Shown here in pieces: positions 18,800 to 28,425 of a stretch of 64,000 nucleotides of DNA. Position numbers and translations under genes: made by a program. The notes beneath the pieces were generated by a model. The model was not told where the DNA came from. It did no database searches and saw only the letters and a list, made by a program, of their open reading frames with translations. This stretch comes from Chloroflexota bacterium (GTDB taxonomy: Bacteria > Chloroflexota > UBA11872). Where the stretch lies: positions 2,532,239 to 2,596,238 of the forward strand of contig OZ244802.1 of NCBI GenBank assembly GCA_965220135.1, read 5' to 3'. Every line of letters starts with the position of its first letter. Position 1 is the first letter of the stretch.

Positions 18800-20364
18800 T
18801 CAGGTCGCCTTTGGCGGGCGCGGCGACCCCGGAACGTCCAGGTCGCGGATGACCGTCTGCGCGGCGTTGTGCCCGGGCACGCCGCTCACGCCTCCGCCCG
18901 GGTGACAGCCGGACCCGCAGAGGTACAGCCCGTCGAGCGGCGTGCGGTAGGCCGCGCACGCGGGCAGCGGCCGGGCGGCCAGCATCTGATCGATGGTCAT
19001 GTCCACATGGTGCATGTTGCCCCGCGTCATGCCGGCCCGCGCCTCGATCTCCGGCGGTCCGTGCAGGTAGGCCTGGCTCACGATGTCCGGGAAATTGGGG
19101 GCGTAGCGCGCGACCTGGGCGATCAGCGCGTCGGTCGTGGCAGCCCGCTGGGATTCCCAGTCCGCGGGCGCCAGACCCACGGGAGCGTATTCCGCCCAAA
19201 TCGAGATGGTGTGATGGCTCGGGGGCGCGACGGACCGGTCGTAGACGGACGGGCAGACAAGCCCAAGCACGGGGAAATCGGGTATCCGGCCGGCGCGAGC
19301 GTGACTCCAGGCCCGGTCGATGTCGTCGAGCGACTCGCAGATGCGCACGTTGGCGCCATGCTGCGGACCGTCCCCCGGCAGGGCCCGCCAATCCGGCAGG
19401 CCGGTGGTGGCGCAGTGCAGCTTCAGGTAGCCGGCGTTCATGCGCAGACGACGGATCGCTCGCCGGAAGGCGGCCGGCAAGTGCTCCGCCGCCACCAGCC
19501 GAGTGAACGTGAGGTGCGGGTCCGCGCTTGAGAGCACGGCCCGCGCGCTGATGACGGTCCCGTCGGCCAGCGCAACGCCTCGGGCCCGGCCGGCGTCCAC
19601 CTGAATGCCCGCCACCGGCGTATCGACGCGAACCTCGGCCCCGGCGCTCTCGGCCGCTTGCCTAAGCAACTGCGTCACGGCGCCCATGCCGCCCCTGGGG
19701 AAACCGGCCAGCCCCCGTTCGCCCAGGCGAGCCGAGAGGGCGGCGGCGAACGCAAAGTAGAGCAGGCCACCGGCGTTGTCGGTATAGCCGGCGTCGAAGG
19801 TCGTGCCCAGGGATGCCTTGACGCGTGGCGACTCGAAATACTCGTCGAGCAGCTGGCGACGGGTACCCGTGACAAGCGTATGCGCGATGGCGGCGTCGGG
19901 CGTTCCCTCGGTGGCACGCAGAAACTCACCGAGGGTGGGCGGGGCTTCGAGCAGGTAGGGATCAAACAGCTGCGCCGCGCGCTGCCAGAATGCTATGTAC
20001 GCGGGGTAGGCGTCGGCGTCGCGACGTGAGAATCGTGCAATGGCATCGCGTGTCCGTCCCTCGTCGCTCCACATGAGCAGGTATTGGTCGTCGGCGAACG
20101 GATGAAACTGCGGCGGATCGCGGCGAAACACGCGCAGGCCGCGCTCCACAAGCTGCAGGTCGTCCAGGATCTGCGGATGGAACAGCACGAAGCTGTGTGC
20201 GCAGGTCGAGAAGTGGAACCCGGGAAAGAGCTCATCGGTGGTGGCCGCGCCGCCAACCTTGGGGCCCTGCTCGAGCGCGAGCACCCGCATCCCGGTCCGA
20301 GCCAGATAGAACCCCGCGACCAGACCGTTGTGGCCGCAACCGATGATGATCGCGTCGTAGTCCA
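18800..20364 (-). CDS. phytoene desaturase-family (CrtI/CrtD-like) FAD-dependent oxidoreductase; probable CTG start
   Basis: Conserved body with C-terminal GSGCHPGGGVSGVPG. The Rossmann motif DYDAIIIGCGHNGLVAGFYLARTG lies in-frame upstream of the first ATG, with no ATG, GTG or TTG before the in-frame stop. A CTG at 20362-20364 would give MDYDAIIIGCGHNGL. Confidence 0.75.
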
Positions 20365-20635
20365 GCGTGCTCGCCCGTCGTCAACGCCGATGGTCGCGGC
20401 AGCGTACTCCGCGACGTGGGGCGACGGTGGTCGGGCCCCGCCGTTGCTCGCCGCACCCACAGAGTCCGGCGCGGCCAAACGTCACAGGGCGCGTGTACAA
20501 TGCGGCCACGTTTAGTCTGCAGCGCGCGTTCTTGGGCCCCAGGCGTTACAGGGGAGGCTCCGTGGCGCGAGACCGCCAGCAGTTGTTGATCCGGGAGCGA
20601 CCAGAGACTGGCGCCCCCGGGGATAGGGGGCTGCG

Positions 20636-21652
20636 GTGAGAAGCCTGCGACAGTACCGACTGTTCGTGACGCTTCTGGTTCTGCCGGTACTTGCCATTGT
20701 CCTGATCGTAATCCTGGTCATGGCCTTGACCGGAGGGGACGAGGAACCGCCAACCGAGGTGTCGCCAACCGTCGCGCCGCCGACCGCGGTCGTTGGGGGC
20801 CTGACACCGTCGCCGTCAATCGGCCAACCGCCGCCGCCAGCGCTGACGGTCGCACCAACCGCGCCGCCGGTTCCCGAGCCTACTCCCACGCCTCCGCCAC
20901 CGACGCCGACGCCCACCGAAGCGCCGGTGCCGACGCCGACACCCACGCCGGAAGGTCCGATCGAGTACGCGGTCCAGGAGGGCGACACGCTCTTCTCCGT
21001 CGCCTCGGCCTACGGGGTGAGCGTGGACGACCTGGTCGATTTCAACGATCTTCCCGACGAGAACTTCATCTTCGTCGGCCAGGTGCTCGAGGTGCCCACG
21101 GACCCGGCCCAGGTCATCGAGCGGCGTGAGTCGCGGCCGGTGGCCACAACCGCCGTGGTGGTGCCCAGCGACGGGCTGAATGTGCGCGCGGCGCCGAGCA
21201 CCGAGACCGGCGACATCCAGTACGTGGCGCCCGGCGGCACGGAACTGGCGCTATCCGGCGTAATCGAAGTCATCGACGGCATCGAGTGGCGCGAGGTTGA
21301 CGATGGCAACTGGGTGCAGGCCCAGTACCTGGAGATCGGCGTGCGGGCCGCACCGGCGCCGGCCCCGGTCGAGACGGCAGCGCCCGCAGCTACGGCGGCG
21401 CCCGCGCCCGCGGCCACGGCCGCTCCTGCGGCGACCCCGCCGCCCGCGGGCGAAACCGTGCGCGCCACCGTGGTGCCAACCGCCGGCCTCAACGTGCGCG
21501 TGGCCGCCGACCCCAACTCGTCGGTCGCCTACGTCGCGCCGGGCGCGTCGGAAGTGGAACTCACCGGTGAAACCCAGGTCGTCAACGGCGTTACCTGGTG
21601 GCAGGTGACCGACGGCAACTGGGTCCAGGGGCAGTTCCTGAAGTTCGGCTAG
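20636..21652 (+). CDS. membrane-anchored LysM plus two SH3b-like domain protein (cell-wall binding)
   Basis: N-terminal TM helix, then a PT-rich linker. LysM unit: YAVQEGDTLFSVASAYGVSVDDLVDFN. Two repeats of the form LNVRAAPS...W[RW]EV(D/T)DGNWVQ(A/G)Q(Y/F)L are typical of bacterial SH3-like domains. Confidence 0.8.
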   Translation: MRSLRQYRLFVTLLVLPVLAIVLIVILVMALTGGDEEPPTEVSPTVAPPTAVVGGLTPSPSIGQPPPPALTVAPTAPPVPEPTPTPPPPTPTPTEAPVPTPTPTPEGPIEYAVQEGDTLFSVASAYGVSVDDLVDFNDLPDENFIFVGQVLEVPTDPAQVIERRESRPVATTAVVVPSDGLNVRAAPSTETGDIQYVAPGGTELALSGVIEVIDGIEWREVDDGNWVQAQYLEIGVRAAPAPAPVETAAPAATAAPAPAATAAPAATPPPAGETVRATVVPTAGLNVRVAADPNSSVAYVAPGASEVELTGETQVVNGVTWWQVTDGNWVQGQFLKFG

Positions 21653-21675
21653 CCGGACAGCTGCTTATAAAAAAA

Positions 21676-21705
21676 GGGGCGCTCCCACGGGAGCGCCCCT
21701 TTTTG
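21676..21705. terminator. bidirectional rho-independent terminator between convergent genes
   Basis: GC-rich hairpin GGGGCGCTCCC-acg-GGAGCGCCCC followed by TTTTT and preceded by AAAAAAA. Confidence 0.8.
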
Positions 21706-21713
21706 CAGGGTCT

Positions 21714-22754
21714 CTAGGAAACTGCCGGGCCGCCCGGCGCCAACCAGCGATCCATGAAGCCGAGCGAGGCATCCGCGCGGTACTCGTGCCCGCCGTCGAA
21801 CTCGTCGCGTTCCAGGCGCTCGGGGACGCCGGCCGCCGCGTAGATCGCGGCCACGCGCGCGTGTGCCTGGCGTGAGGCCTCGATGGGAAATCCGCGATCC
21901 GCGCGACCGGCCTCGATCAGCAGCGGCCGCGGCGCGATCAGGCCGTGCACGTCCGGCACGTCCGCGTAGGCGTAGATGCCCGGCAGGAACTGCGAGCCGC
22001 AGAAGTTCCCGGTGTCGAGGGCGTAGGCGCGGAAGGTGGTGAGATAGCCGCTCACGACCGCCGCTCGGATCCGCGTGTCCAGGGCGCCCAGGTACATGGT
22101 GCGCGTACCGCCGAACGACAGCCCGGCGCAGCCCAGCCGACCGGCGTCCACCTCCGGCCGCGCGGCCAGGATGTCAAGACCCCGCCGGTCGTCCTGGATG
22201 TTCAGCGCCATCAGGTTGATGCCGAAGAGCAGGGCCCGCATGAAGTTGACGTTGCAGCCGTCGCGCTGCCCGTAGCGGCGGAACTCCTGGGCGCGTTCGC
22301 CAAAGCCGATGGCGTCCGGCGCCAGCACCACGTGGCCGCGCTCGGCGTAGCGGCGGGCGAAGCTGCGGTAGACGTTGCCGGGCTCGTCGTCGCGCGCCAC
22401 CAATTGGTCCTTGCCGTCGCCGTGGCCGTGCAGCGCCAGGATTCCGGCCGCGGGCCGCTCGGCTGACGCCGAGGAAGGTACGAGCAGCCAGGCCGGGACC
22501 CAGACGTCAGCAATGGTCTCGTACACGAGCTTGTGCTGGACGTAGGCGCCGCAGTCCGTGGACTCCAGGATGGTCGGCTCGGATCCGGTCAACGCCGGCA
22601 GGTCGCCCAGCAGCGACACTACCCGCTCCAGCAGCGCCGCCCGCCAGGCGGTGAAGTCCATGCCCGGATGAAAGGCCAGCGATGGTTCCCGGGCGTCATC
22701 AGTGTTGTTGATGAAGCCGTCGAAGGCGTACGCGGGCAGGTCCGCCGCCGTCAT
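21714..22754 (-). CDS. alpha/beta hydrolase (acetyl-xylan-esterase / dienelactone-hydrolase-like)
   Basis: 346 aa. Nucleophile elbow GLSFGG, and a HGHGD region. Confidence 0.7.
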   Translation of the reverse strand: MTAADLPAYAFDGFINNTDDAREPSLAFHPGMDFTAWRAALLERVVSLLGDLPALTGSEPTILESTDCGAYVQHKLVYETIADVWVPAWLLVPSSASAERPAAGILALHGHGDGKDQLVARDDEPGNVYRSFARRYAERGHVVLAPDAIGFGERAQEFRRYGQRDGCNVNFMRALLFGINLMALNIQDDRRGLDILAARPEVDAGRLGCAGLSFGGTRTMYLGALDTRIRAAVVSGYLTTFRAYALDTGNFCGSQFLPGIYAYADVPDVHGLIAPRPLLIEAGRADRGFPIEASRQAHARVAAIYAAAGVPERLERDEFDGGHEYRADASLGFMDRWLAPGGPAVS

Positions 22755-23551
22755 GACGCCGGAACGCGCGCCCGCAGGTAGTCCAACGCCGGCCCGGCCT
22801 GCGAGGCAAAGTCGGTGAAGCGCTTGCCGTTGTCCTCCACGCTCATGCGCAGGTCATAGCCTGTGGCCAGCAGGGCGTCCAGGAAGTCGTCGAAGCCCGG
22901 ATCCGTCGGCTGCTCCTGCGCGCCGGGAATGGGAGGCACGGGTACGTGAATGTGACGCAGGCGCGGCGCGACTTCGGCCAGGGTTGCCAGCGGCTCGTCG
23001 TTGTGAAAGACGTGGAACCAGTCGGCCAGCGTCCACACCCGCGGGTGCCCGCTCTGGCGGGCGGCCACGAAGCCTTCGACGATGGTGTTGATGGTGTCGC
23101 ACACGTCGCGCCAGAGGGGTTCGATGACCAGGTCCATGTCGTGGTCGGCCGCGATGCCGCCGGCCAGCAGCAGGAAGTCCTGGAGCTGCCCAGGTACCAG
23201 GTGATGGTCGAACCCAGGCGGCGTGGAGCGGGCGCCGCCGCTGCCGAATACGACCAGCCGCGTCCCCAGGTCGCGCATGCGGCCCATCGCCGTGGTCACG
23301 TAGGCGCGCAGGCCCTCCAGGTCGCGATCCGGTCCCACCACGGGGTGATGCGGCGGGATGAATACGTTCAGGGCTTCCGGCGGCAGGCCGGCATCCTCGA
23401 TCTGGCGCTTGATCGGGGCGTAGACGGTCTCGTCGTCGTCGGGCCGCAGGTCCACGACGCGCAGTTCGGCGTAGTCGTAACCGGCCGCGCGCATGGCCGG
23501 CATGTTCTCGATAGGTCCGCAGCAGCCGAATCGCATAGGGCGCGTATCCAT
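22751..23551 (-). CDS. sugar phosphate isomerase/epimerase (xylose isomerase-like TIM barrel)
   Basis: 266 aa. 4-nt overlap with the upstream hydrolase gene. TIM-barrel-like alternation of hydrophobic strands; weak family motifs only. Confidence 0.5.
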   Translation of the reverse strand: MDTRPMRFGCCGPIENMPAMRAAGYDYAELRVVDLRPDDDETVYAPIKRQIEDAGLPPEALNVFIPPHHPVVGPDRDLEGLRAYVTTAMGRMRDLGTRLVVFGSGGARSTPPGFDHHLVPGQLQDFLLLAGGIAADHDMDLVIEPLWRDVCDTINTIVEGFVAARQSGHPRVWTLADWFHVFHNDEPLATLAEVAPRLRHIHVPVPPIPGAQEQPTDPGFDDFLDALLATGYDLRMSVEDNGKRFTDFASQAGPALDYLRARVPAS

Positions 23552-23613
23552 TCTCAGGCCAGGCTGCCGGGCATGGTACGCGAGCGCCCGCCCAAACCCG
23601 GCGCGACCAGCGC

Positions 23614-24288
23614 ATGACCTACGACGATCAAAGCGAACTGCTGGAGGTCGTCACCCCCGACGGCCGGTCCACCGGGCGCCTGCTGCCGCGCATCCGGATT
23701 CACCGCGAGGGCCACTGGCATCGCACGCGCACCGTCTGGGTGGTCCTGACCGGCGAGCCGAACGGCCCCGGCCTGCTGCTCCAGCAACGCGGCTTCACCA
23801 AGGACACCTGGGGCGGCCTGCTGGATGTCAGCAGCGCCGGTCACCTGGCGCCCGACGACCCGGACCCGTGGCGCGAACTGGAGGAAGAGCTGGGCGTGCG
23901 GCCCACCGACGGACCGCTCATCCAGCTTGGCACCCGGCGCGTCGAGGGTGCCCATCCACGCGAAGGACTGGTGGATCGGGAATTGCAGGACCTGTGGCTC
24001 TGGCTGGCGCCGCTTTCCCTGGAGGACATGCGTCCGCAGCCCGTCGAGCTCGAGGCCCTGCTCAGTCTCGACCTGGCGGTCGTGCCCGACCTGCAGCTAC
24101 CCGCGGCACACACCCCGGCCCGGCGCCTGGACGCTACGACCCGAAGCGTGTCGTCCGCCGTCATCACGCACGCCGAGATGACCCCAGGCCTCGGTCCCTT
24201 CGCCACACACCTCGCGCAACTGGCTGGCCGCGCCCTGGCCGGCGAGCGCGACCTGCGCTACGACCCCGGATTCGACCTCCGCGCTTAA
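23614..24288 (+). CDS. NUDIX hydrolase
   Basis: Nudix box GHLAPDDPDPWRELEEELGV matches Gx5Ex7REUxEExGU. Confidence 0.7.
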   Translation: MTYDDQSELLEVVTPDGRSTGRLLPRIRIHREGHWHRTRTVWVVLTGEPNGPGLLLQQRGFTKDTWGGLLDVSSAGHLAPDDPDPWRELEEELGVRPTDGPLIQLGTRRVEGAHPREGLVDRELQDLWLWLAPLSLEDMRPQPVELEALLSLDLAVVPDLQLPAAHTPARRLDATTRSVSSAVITHAEMTPGLGPFATHLAQLAGRALAGERDLRYDPGFDLRA

Positions 24289-24349
24289 ACCTGACGGGCC
24301 GGGCCGCTCGTGGCGACCCGGCCCGCTGGGGGAGGGAGGGGGATGTGGA

Positions 24350-25288
24350 TTAGCTGATGGTGATGTCGCTCACACCGGCCTCGATCTTGATCGAGACCCG
24401 GTTGGCGGCGCTCTCGAAGTCGGGCGAGACGTAGCGGTCGCCCTGCTTGGGGAACCGCGACTCGTCGATGTTGAGACTCGAGATTCCGCCGTCGAAGTCG
24501 ATCTGCGCCGCGACGCCGTCCGGAACCGTGATGTCCAGGTCGGCCGCGCCGATGCTGAACTCGGCGGTCGTGCGTCCGGCATTGGCCGGCAGCACCACGT
24601 CAATATCCGCGGCGCCCCCGTCGACGTTCAGTCTCTGCACGTTCAACTCCCGCAGGTCGAGAGCAAGGTCCGATGCTCCCGTCTCTATACGGATATCGGT
24701 TGGAATGCCCTCGGCGTGACGCAAGATCCAGCGCGGCGAAGACGAACTGCCCCGACGCGGCGGGAACTGGAAGTTCCAGTCGGTGTTGAGGCGCACGTCC
24801 ATCGTGCTCCGGCCTCCCGATCTGATCACGCTCACGCGCTGTTCCGACGCTTCTGCGACGGTCCCCTGGGATCCGCCGGAGAGCAAGAGACCCGACGGGG
24901 CGCCGCCCGTCAGCGTGAGGTCGCCGGCGGCCACCGTCAGGTTCAGGCGCGCCGACTGCGCGCCTTCGCTCTTCACCGAGATTGATTCGCTGGTGATGGA
25001 CAAGCTGTGCGAGGTCGAGGGGTTGGCCACCGCCAGCACCCAGGCCGCGGCCAGCGAGCCCGTGACCACGGCCAGCGCGGCCAGCGAGCCAATCCAGGCG
25101 CGCTGGCGGGACAAGATCAGGTTCGCGCCGATCGCCACCAGCAGCAGCGGCCAGAGGGTCCAGAACTCGCCCCAGAAACCGTCGGGCAGCACGTTGAAGT
25201 TCCAGAGCAGCCCGAACAGGCCGAGCAGGATCAGCGCGCCCGCGAATCCGAAGCCGGACTGCCGGGCCAGGGATCTTGAGTCGCTCAT
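24350..25288 (-). CDS. LiaF-like cell-envelope stress protein, paralog 2 (N-terminal LiaI/LiaF-type TM module plus C-terminal DUF4097-like beta domain)
   Basis: Start at the internal ATG (MSDSRSLARQ...) with a GAGGAGG SD; the ATG overlaps the upstream stop. The N-terminal block LWNFNVLPDGFWGEFWTLWPL is shared with the paralog at 26312-27238. Confidence 0.65.
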   Translation of the reverse strand: MSDSRSLARQSGFGFAGALILLGLFGLLWNFNVLPDGFWGEFWTLWPLLLVAIGANLILSRQRAWIGSLAALAVVTGSLAAAWVLAVANPSTSHSLSITSESISVKSEGAQSARLNLTVAAGDLTLTGGAPSGLLLSGGSQGTVAEASEQRVSVIRSGGRSTMDVRLNTDWNFQFPPRRGSSSSPRWILRHAEGIPTDIRIETGASDLALDLRELNVQRLNVDGGAADIDVVLPANAGRTTAEFSIGAADLDITVPDGVAAQIDFDGGISSLNIDESRFPKQGDRYVSPDFESAANRVSIKIEAGVSDITIS

Positions 25289-25510
25289 CACGACCTCCTC
25301 GCGTCGGCGAGGTACCTGAAGATCATGACCAGGCCGATCCCGATCAGAATCAGCGGCCACAGGTCGCCAAAGTCGGCCCAGCCGAATTGGTCCACGAGGA
25401 AGATGGAACCGATCAGGATGAGGATGGTTCCCGCCACGAGGCCTCCGTCATCCCGCCGCCGGCGCTTGCGGGCCGGGGCTGAATCGCGATTGGTGTCGTT
25501 TCCAGCCATC
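25288..25510 (-). CDS. small membrane protein carrying only the LiaI/LiaF/PspC-C-terminal-type TM module
   Basis: ~73 aa. AGGAGG SD. LILIGSIFLVDQFGWADFGDLWPLILIGIGLVMI resembles the C-terminus of the adjacent PspC-domain protein (LALVDQFSWLSFWQFWPLILIGIGGALIL). Confidence 0.55.
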
Positions 25511-25518
25511 ACGACCTC

Positions 25519-26172
25519 CTATCGAAAGCGGCCGAGGATCAGCGCGCCGCCGATCCCGATCAGAATGAGGGGCCAAAACTGCCAGAAACTCAGCCAGCTG
25601 AACTGGTCCACCAGGGCCAGCCCGCCGATGACGATCAGGATCGCGCCGATGACGAACGCGCCCTGGCCGCGCCGCCGCGCCGCCGCACGCCGCCGCCGGG
25701 CGCGGCGCCGCGAGTTCCGGCGCTCTCGACGAGCCTCGCGCCTGCGCCCTCGCTGGGCTTCGGCCAGGGGCGCGTCGGAAGTGGCCGCGCTCGTTGCGGC
25801 CGCGGCTGCGGTCGCACCGCCGTCGGCCTTGGGCTCGGCCTCTTCGTCCGCCGCGGCCACGGCCTTGTCGTCGGCCTCGCTGGCCTCCTGGCCGTCAGGC
25901 GCGGCTTCGGCGGACGTGGCTTCGTCCTCTGCGTCGAGGTCTTCGTCCTCGTAATCCTCCTCGTCGTCGTACTCATCCTCGCCGTCCGGCGGCGCCGGCA
26001 TGATGATCGCCATCACGAAGTAGGCGACGAGCAGCAGGCCGCCCGTGAAGAGGGCGCCCAGGACCCAGAGCAGCCGGATGATCACCGGGTCGACGTCGAA
26101 GTACTCCGCCATCCCGCCGGCCACGCCCGTGAGCATTCGGTCCGAGTGGCTGCGGGTCAGCCGGTTGTCCAT
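25519..26172 (-). CDS. PspC domain-containing membrane protein
   Basis: N-terminal PspC domain RLTRSHSDRMLTGVAGGMAEYFDVDPVIIRLLWVL. Acidic and Arg-rich low-complexity middle region. C-terminal TM module as above. Confidence 0.75.
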   Translation of the reverse strand: MDNRLTRSHSDRMLTGVAGGMAEYFDVDPVIIRLLWVLGALFTGGLLLVAYFVMAIIMPAPPDGEDEYDDEEDYEDEDLDAEDEATSAEAAPDGQEASEADDKAVAAADEEAEPKADGGATAAAAATSAATSDAPLAEAQRGRRREARRERRNSRRRARRRRAAARRRGQGAFVIGAILIVIGGLALVDQFSWLSFWQFWPLILIGIGGALILGRFR

Positions 26173-26311
26173 GAAGGGCCTTTCCGCGGTTGTGTGTGTC
26201 GTGCATGGTCACGGTAAGCCGTATGCGGCGCCCCGCCATCGCCCCAAGGCCGTAATTTTCAGCCCGCCGCATCGGCCAAAAGGACTAGGCCCGCCAGGCG
26301 GGGGTTGGGGA

Positions 26312-27238
26312 CTAGCGGACGGTGACGTCGCCGGCGCCCGCGTGGATGGTGATCATCACGCGGTTGGCGGCAGTGTCGAAGTCGGACGAAACGTAGCGAC
26401 CGTCGCCCTGCACCAGGAAGCGCGACGTGTCGATGTCGGCGCCCGGCGCGCCGCCTTCGAAGTCGATCCGGGCCGCCACGCCCGCCGGAACCGTGATGTG
26501 CAGGCTGGTCGCGGTGCCCTCGAACTCGACACTGGTGCGTCCGGCAGCGGCCGGCAGCGTGACCTCGATGTCGGCTGCGCCCAGAGCTACCTGCAGGGTT
26601 CTCACGTTCAACGCCCGGAGGTTGAGATCAAGGGTGGTCGCGCCGCCGGCCACCCGGAGGTCGGTCGACACCCCGTTGGCGAGGCGTAGATTCCAATGTC
26701 CCGACGAGATGTGGCGACGCGGTGGGAATGGAATCTCCCAAGAGCCCAGCAGGCTGACATCCAGCGTGCGCCGGTTGCCCGCGGTACGTATGCCCGCCGA
26801 GAACTGGGCCGCCGGGATGGCCATGCCCTGGAAGTCGCCGGCCACCAACTGCCCGTCCGGTGCATTGCCGCCAAGCGCGAGAACGCCGCCGGACGTGGTC
26901 AGGTTCACCTCAACCGTGTCGACGCCGTCCAGCGGCACCGAGATCGACTCGTAGGTCCTCGGCAGGAGCGGTGGCCGGTTCTCGTCGGCCGCTTGCCACC
27001 AGGCCGCGCCCAGGGAGACCGCGACGATGGCCATCGCCGCCAGCGAGCCCGCCCAGGGGTGCCAGCGCGACAGGAGCATGTTGACGACGGCGGCTGCCAG
27101 CCACAGGGGCCACAGGAGGAAGAACTCCTCCCAGAAGCCGTCGGGCAGGACGTCGAAATTCCAGAGCAGCACAAAGACACCAACAAGAAGCAGGCTGCCT
27201 GGCAGAGCAAAGCCGTTGCGCTGTGCTCGCTCCTTCAT
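26312..27238 (-). CDS. LiaF-like cell-envelope stress protein, paralog 1
   Basis: 308 aa. The N-terminal TM module LWNFDVLPDGFWEEFFLLWPL and the C-terminal domain are collinear with the 24350-25288 paralog. Confidence 0.65.
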   Translation of the reverse strand: MKERAQRNGFALPGSLLLVGVFVLLWNFDVLPDGFWEEFFLLWPLWLAAAVVNMLLSRWHPWAGSLAAMAIVAVSLGAAWWQAADENRPPLLPRTYESISVPLDGVDTVEVNLTTSGGVLALGGNAPDGQLVAGDFQGMAIPAAQFSAGIRTAGNRRTLDVSLLGSWEIPFPPRRHISSGHWNLRLANGVSTDLRVAGGATTLDLNLRALNVRTLQVALGAADIEVTLPAAAGRTSVEFEGTATSLHITVPAGVAARIDFEGGAPGADIDTSRFLVQGDGRYVSSDFDTAANRVMITIHAGAGDVTVR

Positions 27239-27669
27239 CCGGCCCTCCTGAATCGCCCGCCCGGGTTGAGGGTCAGCGTGACGCCCACCGCTCCAGGGTT
27301 TCGGCTGTGAAGTCGCTTACCTTAGCCAGTAGCACTGGCTGTGCAGGGTTGGAGCGCCGATCAGGATACGGACCCTGCCGACCGGGCGGCAGCCGAGAAC
27401 CCAGAGGGGAGTTGGACAATGCGGAACCTGATGTTGACGTACGTCCCTATATTCCCTGCCACACCGGTGGGCGTGGCTACGTCCTGCGCCGCGCCAGCCG
27501 CCGGATTCTGGCGCGGCGACTGTGTGGCTGGGGTCCCACCGCGAGCCTGCGTCACACCGTGAAACGGTGGTCGCCATCGCCCCAAGGCCGAGATCGGCAG
27601 GCCGTCGAATCGGGCGCGAGGACCGGACCCGACGGGCCCAACGGCCAATCGGCGCACCGAGCCGAGTCG

Positions 27670-28425
27670 GTGCGCCTGCACGTGTTCCTGGCCCGCGCCG
27701 GAGCCGGATCGCGCCGCGCGATGGAAGCGGCCATCATCGCGGGACGCGTCCAGGTTGACGGCCAGGTCGTGACGACGCTTGGCACGCGGATCGATCCTGC
27801 GCACGCCGAGGTGCGCCTGGACAGTCAGCCCGTCGGCTCTTCGTCCGAATGCCGCCTCGTGGTCGCTGTCCACAAACCGCCCGGCGTCATTTCAACGGCG
27901 CGCGATCCCGAGGGACGTCCCACCGTCCTGGACCTGCTGCCGGCGGACCTGCGGGAGGTGCGGCTCTACCCGGTCGGACGCCTGGACGCGCCCTCCACGG
28001 GCCTGGTGCTCCTCACCAACGACGGCGACCTAGCCGAACGCCTGATGCACCCACGCTACGGCCACGAGCGCGAGTACGCGGCGGAGGTGCGCGGCAACCC
28101 GCCCCGCGACCTGGCGAAGCGCTTCGCCGAAGGCATCTCCATCGGCGACCCGCGTCCGGCCCGCGCGGAGGTCCGCAATCTGCGCCAGCACCGCGGCGGG
28201 GCGACCCTGCGCCTGGTCCTGCGCGAAGGCCGCTACCGCCAGATTCGACGCATGCTCTCTGCCGTTGGGGTCAAAGTCGTGACCCTTCGCCGCCTGCGCA
28301 TTGCCACCGTGCGCCTGGGAGGCCTTCCGCCGGGCGCGGCCCGCGTGCTCACCGCGGAACAATGCGCCGAACTGCAAGCTGCGGTGGCTAGTCCCCCGTC
28401 AGCTTCCGCCGCTGATCCGCGGTAA
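27670..28425 (+). CDS. RsuA/RluB-family 16S/23S rRNA pseudouridine synthase (S4 domain plus PseudoU_synth_2)
   Basis: A GTG start gives MRLHVFLARAGAGSRRAMEAAIIAGRVQVDG (S4 domain). Catalytic motif LYPVGRLDAPSTGLVLLTNDG. The first-ATG ORF (from 27223) adds a 150-aa non-conserved leader and is probably not translated. Confidence 0.85.
   Translation: MRLHVFLARAGAGSRRAMEAAIIAGRVQVDGQVVTTLGTRIDPAHAEVRLDSQPVGSSSECRLVVAVHKPPGVISTARDPEGRPTVLDLLPADLREVRLYPVGRLDAPSTGLVLLTNDGDLAERLMHPRYGHEREYAAEVRGNPPRDLAKRFAEGISIGDPRPARAEVRNLRQHRGGATLRLVLREGRYRQIRRMLSAVGVKVVTLRRLRIATVRLGGLPPGAARVLTAEQCAELQAAVASPPSASAADPR

Noticed and set aside
27223-27669. N-terminal 150-aa extension of the pseudouridine synthase ORF
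   Set aside because: The extension has no homology, and the conserved S4-domain start MRLHVFLARAG begins at a GTG at 27670. The upstream part is more likely a 5' leader and divergent promoter region shared with the LiaF-like gene.
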